Shown here piece after piece: positions 18,705-30,809 of a stretch of DNA of 64,000 nucleotides (positions are counted from its first letter, which is position 1; every line of letters begins with the position of its first letter). This stretch comes from Candidatus Accumulibacter sp. ACC003 (GTDB taxonomy: Bacteria; Pseudomonadota; Gammaproteobacteria; Burkholderiales; Rhodocyclaceae). Below the pieces are notes generated by a model. That model made no database searches. It saw only the letters and a list, made by a program, of their open reading frames with translations, and was not told the origin of the DNA. A program made the translations under genes and the position numbers. Location of the stretch: assembly GCF_907163085.1 (NCBI RefSeq), contig NZ_CAJQTX010000004.1, positions 140,956 through 204,955 of the forward strand, in the 5' to 3' direction.

Positions 18705-19058
18705 ATGAACAAGACCACCAAATTGGCGATCCTCGCCACGGCAATCGCCACCCTTGGCGGCGCCGCTTACGCCGCGAAATCCGGTGAAAACGACGCCCTG
18801 GCGATCAACCAGGCAAAAATCCCCATCGCTCAGGCAATCAGCATTGCCGAGAAGCAGCACAACGGCAAGGCCAGCCAGGCCGAGTTCGAGCACACCAAAC
18901 AGGGCGCGATCTATGAAGTCGAGGTTGTCGCCGGTGCCAAGGTCTTCGACGTCAAGGTCGATGCGGACAAGGGCACCATCCTGTCGTCGGCCGAGGACCT
19001 GGCCGACCGCCGCGAAGGCCACGAAGGCCGCGACGAAGAGCACGACGAAAAGGATTGA
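18705..19058 (+). CDS. Secreted PepSY-domain protein
   Basis: Signal peptide; IAQAI.IAE, YEVEV, V.VDA.KG.IL. Confidence 0.88.
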   Translation: MNKTTKLAILATAIATLGGAAYAAKSGENDALAINQAKIPIAQAISIAEKQHNGKASQAEFEHTKQGAIYEVEVVAGAKVFDVKVDADKGTILSSAEDLADRREGHEGRDEEHDEKD

Positions 19059-19221
19059 ACGCTCGGCTTTTCGCCGCGCCCGCAGCTGCCGCGCGGTAGC
19101 GGCGTTCTCGGTCGCCGATGTTCTGGCCCGTCCGTTCGGCGCCTCCTGCGGCGACCGATCGTCGTCTGGCCGAGCCGGCTTGATCAACACGACAACCGTC
19201 CAGCAAGGAGAATTTGCAAGC

Positions 19222-19980
19222 ATGACAACAACAACTGAACGCGCTTTGAGCAAAGTGCCCGAAGTGACATTGCTTTTCTGGATCATCAAGGTCGCCGCGA
19301 CCACTCTCGGCGAAACGGCCGGCGACGCGGTGTCGATGTCGATGGACCTGGGCTATCTGGTCGGAACGGTCATTTTCGCGGTGATTTTTCTGGCCGCCGT
19401 GATCGCCCAGATCAAGGTCCGGAATTTCCACCCGCTGCTGTACTGGACGACCATCATCGCGACCACTACCGTGGGAACAACACTGGCCGATTTCGCCGAT
19501 CGCTCGCTGGGCATCGGTTATGCCGGTGGCTCGACGCTGTTGTTGGCGCTGCTGATGGCCTCGCTCGCACTCTGGTACCGGACCTTGGGTTCGGTCGCCG
19601 TCGAGGCTATCAGCTCACCGAAAGCAGAAATGTTCTACTGGATCACGATCATGTTCTCGCAGACGCTCGGTACCGCGCTCGGAGACTGGACCGCGGGCAC
19701 GGCAGGGCTGGGCTATACCGGCAGCGCGCTGGTGTTTTCTGCCCTCCTGGGGGGCGTGGCCGCCGCTTACTTCTGGACGCAAATTTCGCGCACCGCGCTG
19801 TTCTGGGCCGCTTTCATCCTGACCCGGCCGCTTGGCGCGGTAGTCGGCGACCTGCTCGACAAACCGCTAGCATCCGGTGGCCTCGCACTGAGCCGGTATA
19901 GCGCATCGGCAGTACTCATCGCCTTCGTTTTGTCGATGCTCCTGCTGTTCAAGCAACGCCCCGCCCAGCGAGCTCATTGA
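19222..19980 (+). CDS. COG4705 / DUF347 repeat membrane protein
   Basis: SKVPEVTLLFWIIK..ATTLGET.GD, YW..I...T..GT..AD, FW.AFILTRPLGA..GD.LDKP...GGL.LSR. Confidence 0.9.
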   Translation: MTTTTERALSKVPEVTLLFWIIKVAATTLGETAGDAVSMSMDLGYLVGTVIFAVIFLAAVIAQIKVRNFHPLLYWTTIIATTTVGTTLADFADRSLGIGYAGGSTLLLALLMASLALWYRTLGSVAVEAISSPKAEMFYWITIMFSQTLGTALGDWTAGTAGLGYTGSALVFSALLGGVAAAYFWTQISRTALFWAAFILTRPLGAVVGDLLDKPLASGGLALSRYSASAVLIAFVLSMLLLFKQRPAQRAH

Positions 19981-20130
19981 TGCACGGGTGTTACGTCCGC
20001 CGCCGTCGGTTTCAACGCACACCGTTGACGATTTTCGGAAGGAGTCTGTCGCCCGGGTGCAGGCCTTCTGGCATGATGGTCTTTGCCGGGCGCTCGGGTG
20101 CGCGCTGAAGCGTTTTACGCAGGGGGTGCG

Positions 20131-20758
20131 ATGCGACTTCTGCTTGTCAAAGACGATCGGATGATGGGCGAAGCCGTGGCAGCGGCGCTGCAGGACGCGG
20201 CCCATGCCGTCGATTGGCTACGCGACGGACAGGTGGCGATTGATGCCCGCATAGTTCATCACCACGATATCGTACTGCTCGATCGTGGTTTGCCGAAGAC
20301 AGATGGCCTGCAGGTGTAGCGCATCGTTCGCGGTGGCAAAAGCAGTCGCTGTCGACGGCAAGACGGTGCCTTTGTCGGGGCGCGAATTCGCCCTTTTGCA
20401 TGCCCTGATGACCTTGGTGCGGAATCTCGTGGACGATGCAATCAACTACACGCCAGCGGGTGGCCGGTTCGACCTGCCCAGCGCCGTCGAAGGAGAGGGG
20501 GCTGTCATAGAGGTCAGCGACAACGGGCCCGGGGTCGCTCCGAGCGAGCGGGCACTGGTGTTCGAGCCGTTTCACCGGGTGTTGGGAAGTGACGAATCCG
20601 GCTCGGGACTCGGGCTCTCGATTGTCAAGGCGATCACTGATCGCTGCGCAGCTTCGCTCGCGCTGGACTACACGGACGTCGCCCAGTCCTCTGGATTGCG
20701 CGTGACGGTCTCCTTCCGCGGATCGGGGCGAAATGCCGACACGATCACTCAGCGCTAA
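20131..20758 (+). pseudogene. Collapsed OmpR/QseB-type response regulator plus sensor kinase remnant
   Basis: Receiver fragment MRLLLVKDD...LLDRGLP..DGLQV-stop (20131-20319); then V.LS.REFALL.AL fused to NLVDDAINYT..GG, DNGPG, GSGLGLSIV (HATPase_c). Confidence 0.85.
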
Positions 20759-21412
20759 GCGAGGGCTTGGTCGGACAGCGTGGCCGAGCATTGCGACCCT
20801 GGCCTCAGCGGTTAAAAAATGATCGCCGAAGCGCCGTCACGTCGAATCCCACCCGGCATATGGGTGCTCGGCTTGGTCAGCATGTTGATGGACATTTCTT
20901 CGGAAATGATCCACAGCCTGCTGCCGCTGTTCATGGTCACAAGCTTGGGGGCGAGTGCCTTCGTGGTTGGCCTGATTGAAGGTTTGGCCGAGGCTACGGC
21001 GTTGATCGTCAAGATCTTCTCGGGCGCACTGAGCGACTATCTTGGCCAACGCAAGGGCCTGGCCGTGTTTGGCTACGCGCTTGGAGCGCTGACCAAGCCG
21101 CTGTTCGCCATCGCTTCGTCGACCGGTCTCGTGCTCACAGCCCGTCTGCTCGATCGCGCTGGCAAGGGCATCCGTGGGGCACCGCGCGATGCCTTGGTGG
21201 CAGATATCGCACCCGCACATTTGCGCGGCGCGGCGTTCGGCCTGCGTCAGTCGCTCGACACCGTGGGCGCATTTCTTGGCCCTCTGCTGGCGGTGGGCCT
21301 GATGCTGATCTGGGCCAACGATTTCCGCGCGGTGTTCTGGGTGGCGGTGATCCCGGGGTTGATGGCGGTTGCCCTGCTGTTCTTCGGCCTGCGCGAACCT
21401 GAACACCAACTG

Positions 21413-23788
21413 CAGATTTCCTGATCCCGGCCGGGAATGTAGATAGAATTCCGGAATTGCACGTGGCACTTTATTTTGACGGCCATGATTTTCTTATGGC
21501 ATAAACCAAGCTTCGCTAGGAGTGCAAGGAGGAGCAGACGTTGAGGCAATCGTGGCTTCCAGGGTTTCCGGATGGTGCGCAGAAAGTGGGAGAAGGGTTG
21601 GCGATTCTGGAGAAGGATGGCCAAGCGATCTACTTTGTTGGGGGAGACAATTACTTCTCGCACCCCGTAGGAGACGACGCTGGCCGCAGGTTCGCTCTGA
21701 CCAGCCTGATGGAGAACGGGCACGTCAAGGCGGTCGAACTGGAAAGGCCACCGCTGTGCATCCCGCACCGCACGCTGATGAACTGGGTGGGACAAAGCCG
21801 CAAAGCCGGGCCATCGTCTTTCTTTCGACCGGCGGCGGCGAGCCGGCCGCGGATCATGACGCCGGACAAGAGTGCCGAATGCGCGCGGCTGTTGAGCGAG
21901 GGAAAGCGTCCTGCCGAAGTGGCACGGCAGGTGGGCGTCCAGGAGTGGACGCTGCGCAAGGCGATCCGGCGCCAGGGCGTGCCGCAGTTGGCCGCCTTGC
22001 CGCAAGAGGCAGGGGAGTTGGAAGCGGCGAGCACCAAGAGTGAGCGCAGCCGGGCGGATGCGGAAGCCGCCGCGGGGATGGGCACCGCCTGCACGCGCGC
22101 CGACGAGCGGATCCAAACGGCGCTGGGATTGGCGACCGGTGCGACGACGCGCTTCGAAGCGAGCCACGATGTGGCGATGGGGGGGCTGTTGGCCGGCTTG
22201 CCGGCCTTGTGCGCGAACGGGCTACTGACCGGCCTGGATCGCCATCTCAAGCTGCCCCGGGGATTCTACAGCGCCTTGCACATCCTTCTCGTCCTCGGCT
22301 TCATGGCCCTGGGGCGAATCAAGCGGCCGGAACATCTGCGACAAACCTCGCCCGGAGAACTCGGCAAAGTCATCGGCCTGGACCGGGTACCGGAAGTCCG
22401 CACCCTGCGGGAAAAGGTCCATCTGCTGGCCAAGACGGGTGACCCGGCAGCCTGGATGCGGGATCTCGCGAAGCTCTGGATGGAAAGCGAGCCAGAAGAA
22501 GCGGGTTACCTGTATGTCGATGGTCATGTTCGGGTGTATCACGGCGAGCAGGCCAGGCTGTCGAAGCGCTACGTCTCGCGCGAACGCCTGTGCCTGCGGG
22601 GCACCACCGACTACTGGGTTAACGATGCCCTGGGTCGCCCGTTCTTTGTGGTTTCGCAGCCGCTCAATGACGGACTCGCCGAGACCCTGCTCAAGGACAT
22701 CGTCCCCCAACTGCTGGAGATTGTCCCGGGACAGCCGACGCCGGCCGAACTGGACGCCGACCCGACCCTGCACCGGTTTGTCATGGTCTTCGATCGGGAA
22801 GGGGCCACCCAGAGTCTCCTCGGCAGACTCTGGAAACAGCGCATCGGCGCACTGACCTACCGCAAGAACGTCAAGGACCTCTGGTCCGAAGAGGTGTTTC
22901 AGGAACAGGAAGTCCATCTGCCGGCAGGCGGCAGCACCGGGATGAAACTCGCCATGCGCGAAACCCGACTCGGCACAGGCGATGGCAGCCTGGCCGTGAG
23001 CGAAGTTCGTCGGCTGACCCAGACGGGACATCAAACAGCCGTGATCACGACCGCCCGGCAACTCGGAAACACCACCATCGCTGGGCGGATGTTCGCCCGT
23101 TGGTGCCAGGAAAACTACTTCGCGTACATGATGGAACATTATGATATTGATGGGCTTATCGAGTACGGAGACGACTCTCTTCCCGGCACTCACCAGGTCG
23201 TTAACCCCCGCTGGCGGGAACTCGACAAGGCCGTCAGGCAAACCCGCCAGAGCGAAAGAAAACTGCAGGCCGCAATCGCCAGGACGGCCTTGAACGACGG
23301 CGGCGAAATCCAGAAAAACGCCGAGTCTGTCGAAGCACTGCAGGCCGTTCAGGAGGAGCTCAAGCGACTTTGCGCGGCGCGCAAGGCAAGCCCCCGAAAG
23401 GTGACGATCGACAGTCTGCCCGAGGCCGAGCGACCGACCCAACTGCCGCCGCTGAACAAGATGCTCTGCGATACCGTGAAAATGGTCGCCTACCGGGCCG
23501 AGACCGCCATGGTGGCGCTATTGCGCCGCCACTTGAAGAAGGAGGACGACGCACGTGCGCTCATTCGCGAATTGTTCGTTTCTTCCGCTGACATCGAACC
23601 GAACGCGCTAGCCAACACCCTGACCATCAAAATTCACCGGATGGCCAGCCCAGCTCATGATCGCGCTATCGCCGCGCTCCTCGAGGAACTCACCCTGCAA
23701 GATTTTCCGCATCCGGAAACCGGGGCAAGAATGACCTTCACTCTTGTCTGAAGTGCCAACCCGGTTTCCTCCGAGATCAGGAAATCTG
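21413..23788 (+). mobile_element. 2376-bp IS of uncertain family, copy 1
   Basis: 14-bp perfect IR CAGATTTCCTGATC/GATCAGGAAATCTG; 5-bp TSD AACTG (21408-21412, 23789-23793). Confidence 0.95.
21541..23751 (+). CDS. 736-aa DDE-type transposase with N-terminal HTH
   Basis: TTG start after AGGAGGAG; HTH (AEVARQVGV..TLRK); putative D/D/E in YVDGH, VFDREG, RWCQENYF. Confidence 0.85.
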   Translation: MRQSWLPGFPDGAQKVGEGLAILEKDGQAIYFVGGDNYFSHPVGDDAGRRFALTSLMENGHVKAVELERPPLCIPHRTLMNWVGQSRKAGPSSFFRPAAASRPRIMTPDKSAECARLLSEGKRPAEVARQVGVQEWTLRKAIRRQGVPQLAALPQEAGELEAASTKSERSRADAEAAAGMGTACTRADERIQTALGLATGATTRFEASHDVAMGGLLAGLPALCANGLLTGLDRHLKLPRGFYSALHILLVLGFMALGRIKRPEHLRQTSPGELGKVIGLDRVPEVRTLREKVHLLAKTGDPAAWMRDLAKLWMESEPEEAGYLYVDGHVRVYHGEQARLSKRYVSRERLCLRGTTDYWVNDALGRPFFVVSQPLNDGLAETLLKDIVPQLLEIVPGQPTPAELDADPTLHRFVMVFDREGATQSLLGRLWKQRIGALTYRKNVKDLWSEEVFQEQEVHLPAGGSTGMKLAMRETRLGTGDGSLAVSEVRRLTQTGHQTAVITTARQLGNTTIAGRMFARWCQENYFAYMMEHYDIDGLIEYGDDSLPGTHQVVNPRWRELDKAVRQTRQSERKLQAAIARTALNDGGEIQKNAESVEALQAVQEELKRLCAARKASPRKVTIDSLPEAERPTQLPPLNKMLCDTVKMVAYRAETAMVALLRRHLKKEDDARALIRELFVSSADIEPNALANTLTIKIHRMASPAHDRAIAALLEELTLQDFPHPETGARMTFTLV

Positions 23789-26482
23789 AACTGACGGCGA
23801 AGCGCAGCAATCCGATTCGGCGAGAGAACCTGAAACGGCTGGGTGCTTCGTATTGGTGGGTCGTGAGCATCGGCGCCGTGTTCACCATGGCTCGTTTCAG
23901 CGAGGCATTTCTCGTTCTACGTGCGCAGCAGAGCGGCATACCGCTGGCCCTGGTGCCGTTGCTCATGGTGGCGATGAATGTCGTCTATGCCGCGTCGGCC
24001 TACCCGTTTGGCAGGCTTTCCGATCGGCTGAGCCACAAGAAGCTGCTGGCACTTGGGATGATCGTCCTGATCGCCGCCGACTTGGTATTGGCCAGCGGCG
24101 TCCACTGGGCTGTCGTGCTTGCCGGTGTCGCCCTCTGGGGCATCCACATGGGCATCACTCAAGGCTTGCTGGCGACGATGGTTGCCGACACCGCTCCGGC
24201 CGACTTGCGCGGCACGGCGTTCGGGTTCTTCAGCCTGGTAAGCGGACTGGCGATGCTGCCGGCCAGCGTGCTGGCGGGGCTGCTGTGGGATCGGTTCGGC
24301 GCGTCATTTACCTTCTATGCAGGCGCGATGTTTTCCGCCCTTGCACTCCTGGGTCTGGCCTGGCAGCCAGCCATGCGAATGCGCAATGCCTAGCGTGCGG
24401 CAATGATCGAAAGACTCTTCGCCTCTATCCTGCCGTCCCTTGAGCACTTCCATTTGCTCGCTTACTGGCTGGCCTTCTTTACCGCCTTGCTCGAAACAGC
24501 ATTCGTGCTTGGTTTGCTACTGCCCGGTTCGACTCTCTTGCTCATGCTTGGCGCCCTGTCGGCCAGCGGCCATCTCGATTTCGGCGATCTGCTGTGGTTT
24601 GCGGTCGCCGGCGCTGTCCTTGGCGACAATTTCAACTACTGGTTGGGCCAACGCTATGGCAACAGGTGGCTGCGTGATGGCGTGTGCTTCCTGACGCCAG
24701 ATCATTTCGGGAAGGCACGCAGCTTCTTCGATCGGCATGGCGCAAAGAGTGTCTTTCTCGGGCGCTTCATCCCGAGCGTCAAGGAAATTGCGCCATTCGT
24801 GGCTGGCACTGTCGGCATGCCGCGCTACACGTTCATGCTCTGGAATGTCCTGGGTGCCATCGGCTGGGGCCTGCAGTGGGTCGGTGGCGGTTACTTGTTT
24901 GGGCAGTCGCTCAATTTGGCGCAGGCGTGGATGTCACGAGCGGGGATGGCGCTCGTCGTCGTCTTGCTGGTCTGGGCGCCGCTGTGGCTCTTGCAGCGCT
25001 TCGCCGTGCGCCATGGCGGAGCGGTATTGCAGGTGGCGGTTTCGCTCGCGCGCTCGATCGAGGCCGGCCTGGCCCGCAATCGCTATCTGCGCCGACTGGC
25101 GCGCCGCCATCCGGATGGCGTCCGTTTTTTCGTCGAGCGTGTCGATCGTGCCCATTTCAAAGGCCTGCCACTGACGCTTCTGGTACTGGCATTTGCCTTC
25201 GCCCTGGCCTTGTTCGCGGGCATTGCCGAGGACGTTGTCAACTCCGACCCAATCGTCGCGCTCGACCATGCCGCTGCCCAGTTGATCGCAGCGTTTCGCA
25301 CGCCCGCGGTCGTCTCCCCGGCGTTGTGGATTACCAGCCTCGGCGAGCCAGCGGTCGTCGGAGCCCTACTCGCGGTGGCCTGCCTGGTGCTCTGGCTGGC
25401 GAACCTGAACTACGCTGTCGCGGGCTTGCTGCTGTCCAGCCTTGGTGCAACGGCGTTCAGCTCGCTGGCCAAACTGGCCTTTCAGCGACCTCGGCCGGTT
25501 GCGGCTCTGTTGCTCGAATCGTCCTGGTCCTTCCCGAGTGGGCACGCCACCGCAGCCGTTGCCGTCTACGGTTTCCTGGGCTATCTCTTGATCCGCGGCA
25601 GCTCGACGTGGAAGACACAGGTGAGGCTATTCTTTGCCACCGGTGCCCTGATCGTGCTGGTCGGCCTGAGCCGCATCGTGCTCGGCGTGCATTATCTGAG
25701 CGATGTCTGGGCGGGCTACCTGATTGGAACTCTTTGGCTGATTGTCGGCATCAGCCTGAGCGAGGTCCTGACTGCCAGCGGCCGCATCAGCTGGCATGCT
25801 CCGAGCGTCCCGTGGCGAAGGACGGCGGCTCGCGGCCTCGCGTTTGTCGCCGCTGTCGGGTGCCTCGCCTATGCGTCTACCCGCAGGCTGCCGGCGGTTG
25901 CGCAGGTGACCGAGTTGAGCATCGAGCTCGATCGCCCGCTCGCCGAGCTGTTGCGCAGCCAGGCGCTCGCCAGCACGCTGACGATGCTTGGCCGGCCCGA
26001 GCAAGCGCTGAGCTTCGCCATCATCGAAGCGAACGCCGATGCCTTGTCCGCCCGCCTGCGTCGGTCGGGATGGCTGGCCGCCGACAAAGCCGATGCGCAG
26101 AACATGCTGCGTCTCGCCCGGCAAGGCCTGGATTACACCACGGCACCGCTGGCACCGGCTTTCTGGAACGGCCAGATGAACGACCTGGCGTTCGAACGGC
26201 CGCTTCAACAGGCAGAGAAGAAAGTGGTGGCGACCGTTCGTGTCTGGACCACGCCTTACCGGATCGGCCAGGATCGTCTATTCGTCGGCGTGGTGCGCGA
26301 ATACGATGGCATTCACTGGGGCGTGTTGCACACGATTTTGCCTGACGTGGATGCGGCGGCTGAAGGTTTCGTCGAGTCGCTCAAGAGCCCTGGACAGCGA
26401 TTAGACGCTTGCCTGCGACCATTGCTCGCGCCGATGGTCGGCAGCTACCTGATGGGCGGCCGTTTCTTCACCCGTGGGCAGT

Positions 26483-28390
26483 CACGGTAAATTTGTTCTC
26501 GTGCCGGGATCAAGGTGATACGTGGCCTGTAGAATTTTTGGTCATGCGCAGGTAGTCGAAGACCAATCGGATGTTGCGGTTGAGGTGGCGCATTTTTTCG
26601 GAAATGCTGGTTTTGCCGTCGGAGAAGTGGTGCAGGATTCCGACGGCAAAGCGGCGCAGGCGTGACATGTTCTCGGGTCCGTAACCAGTCCGAATACGGC
26701 TACGGTCCTCGTCGTAGTTCCAGTCGATGACGTAGTGACAGCGGTTCTCTATCGACCAATGGCCGCGATTGATGGCGAGGATTTGCTGTGGGCTGGCCTG
26801 TTCTGGAGGGCGACTGGTGATCCCGAGAGCGATTTCGTGCGTCCGCTTGCCGCTCTTCTTGTGCAGCACTTCGCGCTCGATCAAGAACACCTGGCCGACA
26901 TACGGGAAGTCGAGATAGGCGTTGAGGGCATTGCTGCACCAAATACGCCGAGTCTCGATCCGACCATGGTCAGGTGGCGAAACCGCCACGAAGTCTGCCC
27001 CCTTCCGATCCTGGAAGAGGAGCGCGATATCGGCTTGCAGTGTTGGCTGATTGCCTTTGACCGTGAAGTGATAGTGCGCCTTGCGCTCCACCAGGTAGGT
27101 CGCCAGCTTGCGCTGTGTCAGTAGCGCGTCGGCGGTGATGTCCTTGCCCTGAATATCGATCGCATCGAGCAGGGGTATGAACATCCCGATTTCATTGGTC
27201 TGCTTGAGCTCGTCCCCGCCATTTACGGGCAAGGTGCCGACTTTTTTTGGGTGTGACACACGCCGGTCTGATGCCCGACCACGCTCATGATGTGTGCTTG
27301 CTGACCGTGCTCGTCATGGGCATTGCGCATGGTCTTGCCGTCGACCGCCAGACTGGGGTCGTCTTGAGCATAGGCCTTGTTCCACTGCTGACACGCTTGA
27401 TCGAGCGCCATGGGATCGACACGGATCAGGACGTCACGAATGATGAACTCGCTGGGTACGCGGTAAACGCCCTTCTCGCGACGACAGCGGAAACGCTCGC
27501 GTGCTTTCGGTGTGAGGTCTTTGGCCCACCCGGCGATGGCTTTGTAGCCCCGCATTCCGCACAAGACCGCCGCCGTGGCGATGGCCAGAACGGCAGGAAG
27601 GGGGTGACGCCTTCCTTGCGCGCGCCGCGGGTCGGCGATGCCGGCAAAGAAATCGGGAAGCGTGCGCATCTGTTCGGCGGTGAGCATCATCCTGGGCGCT
27701 CCTGTGCGATAGCGGGGGTTGAGTATCGAGCGGGAAAGTTGGCCGCGAGCGTCCGCCTGCAAGGGGCGAACAAAGACAACTTTGGGCGACGTCGGGTGGG
27801 CGCTGTAGCCTTCTCGGGTGCGGCGAAAGCCTTGCGTCAGCCCCAGAGGCGTCCAGTTCGCGGCGCGATAGACGGTCCCCTGGAAGCGCGAGGGGTCCAC
27901 AAAGGTCTCCAGCAGTAACAGCGGCTTCCCGAAATGCGCCTGCCAATCCTCGGCGACCCGTCGCTCGCACAGCGAGAGCACCTTGGAGCCGAGATTGGGG
28001 TAATGCCAATCGGGAAGGATCAGAAAGCGACTGTTGTTGGCGACCAGGCCCAAGCGATCGTACTGATGCCGATAGTCCCAGCCGATCCAGCGGTCACGAA
28101 CGCCGCATTTCCAGGCCGCCGCAGAGAAACTCAGCAGGGCCGTCCACTTTTCGCCGTAGGTGGCCACGTACCAAAGCGTGTGCCCGATCTTCGCCAGGTC
28201 GCCCAGGTAGTGATGCTCTGCCATCAACTCCCGATAGCGAGCCTCTTCGCTCTTGCCCACCAAGCGAACACGCAATGCACCAAGAACGCTTTCCATGCGC
28301 CATTTATACGGACTTCCGGCGCAGATGTCCAGGGGGAAGAACTAACTGCTTGATTGCCCGTGCGTTGCCTGAGAGGACAAATCCACCCTG
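26483..28390 (-). mobile_element. ISAs1-family IS with DUF4338 domain, copy A (1908 bp)
   Basis: Imperfect IRs CAGGGTGGATTTGTCCTC / CACGGTAAATTTGTTCTC; 10-bp TSD CGTGGGCAGT (26473-26482, 28391-28400). Confidence 0.95.
26510..28296 (-). CDS. DUF4338-ISAs1 transposase fusion (two ORFs joined by predicted -1 frameshift, about 595 aa)
   Basis: ORF1 27223-28296 (DUF4338, DPR..QGRRH.L..VL, AVDGKT); ORF2 26510-27259 (NEI...PLLD..D, ITADALLTQ, HGRIETR, R.HW.IEN..H...D..Y.ED..R.R); A-AAA-AAG at 27247-27241. Confidence 0.85.
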
Positions 28391-28467
28391 CGTGGGCAGT
28401 TGTGGCTGCTTGACCCGGGCGACCACAGCGACCTCGCATGGCTGTGTGGCCAGCAAGGGCCAGGACC

Positions 28468-28695
28468 ATGAAAAACCAGTCCTTCGCAAAGAAACTACGC
28501 AATGCTCTCGTCGGCATCGGCTTGGCGTGGACCGAGGAACGGAATTTCCGTGTGCATGTGGCGCTCGGCCTCGCCACCCTGCTCGCCTTCGCGGTGCTTC
28601 GACCCACCGCCTTGTGGTGGGCTTTCATCGTGCTGTGCAGCGCGCTCGTGCTCGCCGCGCCTTTACTGACGTTATCGCAGATTGGTGCTGGCTAG
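28468..28695 (+). pseudogene. dgkA: Truncated diacylglycerol/undecaprenol kinase
   Basis: F...L.NA..GI..AW.EERNFRVH, then VLAA followed by unrelated sequence instead of the E..NTA.E motif; ATG overlaps the DedA-PAP2 stop. Confidence 0.8.
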
Positions 28696-28901
28696 CCGCC
28701 GGTAGTCCCTTGCGTGGCGCAGGCGTGCCGCAACGCGACTTGTCGTTCCCGGAGGGGCGCGTAGCCAGGTCTGGAATGCGCTCCTTCAAGCCTTCCGGCG
28801 CAGGCGCGCCTGTTGGTGGCCCACTCTTCAGTGCCGCTCCGAATGCGCTAGATTCGCGCGCAGCGGTCGGCAAGAATTTCAGCTGCCGGAAATCGCTGCC
28901 T

Positions 28902-30809
28902 CACGGTAAATTTGTTCTCGTGCCGGGATCAAGGTGATACGTGGCCTGTAGAATTTTTGGTCATGCGCAGGTAGTCGAAGACCAATCGGATGTTGCGGTT
29001 GAGGTGGCGCATTTTTTCGGAAATGCTGGTTTTGCCGTCGGAGAAGTGGTGCAGGATTCCGACGGCAAAGCGGCGCAGGCGTGACATGTTCTCGGGTCCG
29101 TAACCAGTCCGAATACGGCTACGGTCCTCGTCGTAGTTCCAGTCGATGACGTAGTGACAGCGGTTCTCTATCGACCAATGGCCGCGATTGATGGCGAGGA
29201 TTTGCTGTGGGCTGGCCTGTTCTGGAGGGCGACTGGTGATCCCGAGAGCGATTTCGTGCGTCCGCTTGCCGCTCTTCTTGTGCAGCACTTCGCGCTCGAT
29301 CAAGAACACCTGGCCGACATACGGGAAGTCGAGATAGGCGTTGAGGGCATTGCTGCACCAAATACGCCGAGTCTCGATCCGACCATGGTCAGGTGGCGAA
29401 ACCGCCACGAAGTCTGCCCCCTTCCGATCCTGGAAGAGGAGCGCGATATCGGCTTGCAGTGTTGGCTGATTGCCTTTGACCGTGAAGTGATAGTGCGCCT
29501 TGCGCTCCACCAGGTAGGTCGCCAGCTTGCGCTGTGTCAGTAGCGCGTCGGCGGTGATGTCCTTGCCCTGAATATCGATCGCATCGAGCAGGGGTATGAA
29601 CATCCCGATTTCATTGGTCTGCTTGAGCTCGTCCCCGCCATTTACGGGCAAGGTGCCGACTTTTTTTGGGTGTGACACACGCCGGTCTGATGCCCGACCA
29701 CGCTCATGATGTGTGCTTGCTGACCGTGCTCGTCATGGGCATTGCGCATGGTCTTGCCGTCGACCGCCAGACTGGGGTCGTCTTGAGCATAGGCCTTGTT
29801 CCACTGCTGACACGCTTGATCGAGCGCCATGGGATCGACACGGATCAGGACGTCACGAATGATGAACTCGCTGGGTACGCGGTAAACGCCCTTCTCGCGA
29901 CGACAGCGGAAACGCTCGCGTGCTTTCGGTGTGAGGTCTTTGGCCCACCCGGCGATGGCTTTGTAGCCCCGCATTCCGCACAAGACCGCCGCCGTGGCGA
30001 TGGCCAGAACGGCAGGAAGGGGGTGACGCCTTCCTTGCGCGCGCCGCGGGTCGGCGATGCCGGCAAAGAAATCGGGAAGCGTGCGCATCTGTTCGGCGGT
30101 GAGCATCATCCTGGGCGCTCCTGTGCGATAGCGGGGGTTGAGTATCGAGCGGGAAAGTTGGCCGCGAGCGTCCGCCTGCAAGGGGCGAACAAAGACAACT
30201 TTGGGCGACGTCGGGTGGGCGCTGTAGCCTTCTCGGGTGCGGCGAAAGCCTTGCGTCAGCCCCAGAGGCGTCCAGTTCGCGGCGCGATAGACGGTCCCCT
30301 GGAAGCGCGAGGGGTCCACAAAGGTCTCCAGCAGTAACAGCGGCTTCCCGAAATGCGCCTGCCAATCCTCGGCGACCCGTCGCTCGCACAGCGAGAGCAC
30401 CTTGGAGCCGAGATTGGGGTAATGCCAATCGGGAAGGATCAGAAAGCGACTGTTGTTGGCGACCAGGCCCAAGCGATCGTACTGATGCCGATAGTCCCAG
30501 CCGATCCAGCGGTCACGAACGCCGCATTTCCAGGCCGCCGCAGAGAAACTCAGCAGGGCCGTCCACTTTTCGCCGTAGGTGGCCACGTACCAAAGCGTGT
30601 GCCCGATCTTCGCCAGGTCGCCCAGGTAGTGATGCTCTGCCATCAACTCCCGATAGCGAGCCTCTTCGCTCTTGCCCACCAAGCGAACACGCAATGCACC
30701 AAGAACGCTTTCCATGCGCCATTTATACGGACTTCCGGCGCAGATGTCCAGGGGGAAGAACTAACTGCTTGATTGCCCGTGCGTTGCCTGAGAGGACAAA
30801 TCCACCCTG
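28902..30809 (-). mobile_element. ISAs1-family IS with DUF4338 domain, copy B (1908 bp)
   Basis: Same sequence and ORFs as copy A (28929-29678, 29642-30715); flanks ATCGCTGCCT / ATCGCTGCGT (9 of 10 match). Confidence 0.95.

Larger units (their letters stand above)
20819..24393 (+). pseudogene. MFS transporter split by a 2376-bp IS
   Basis: 20819-21412 plus 23794-24393 rejoin to 1194 bp (397 aa) in frame; duplicated DR.GKGIRGAPRDAL / D..P..LRG.AFG MFS motifs. Confidence 0.92.
24403..28471 (+). pseudogene. DedA-PAP2-LssY_C fusion membrane protein with its last 23 codons cut off by ISAs1
   Basis: DedA (LPGSTLL, GAVLGD...YWLG, F.GRFIP), PAP2 (F.RPRP, SFPSGHA, SRIVLGVHYLSDV.AG); 24403-26482 plus 28401-28471 = 716 aa in frame. 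Confidence 0.88.

Noticed and set aside
26483-30809. Composite transposon already mobilised as a unit
   Set aside because: Each ISAs1 copy has its own TSD, and the outer flanks do not match each other.
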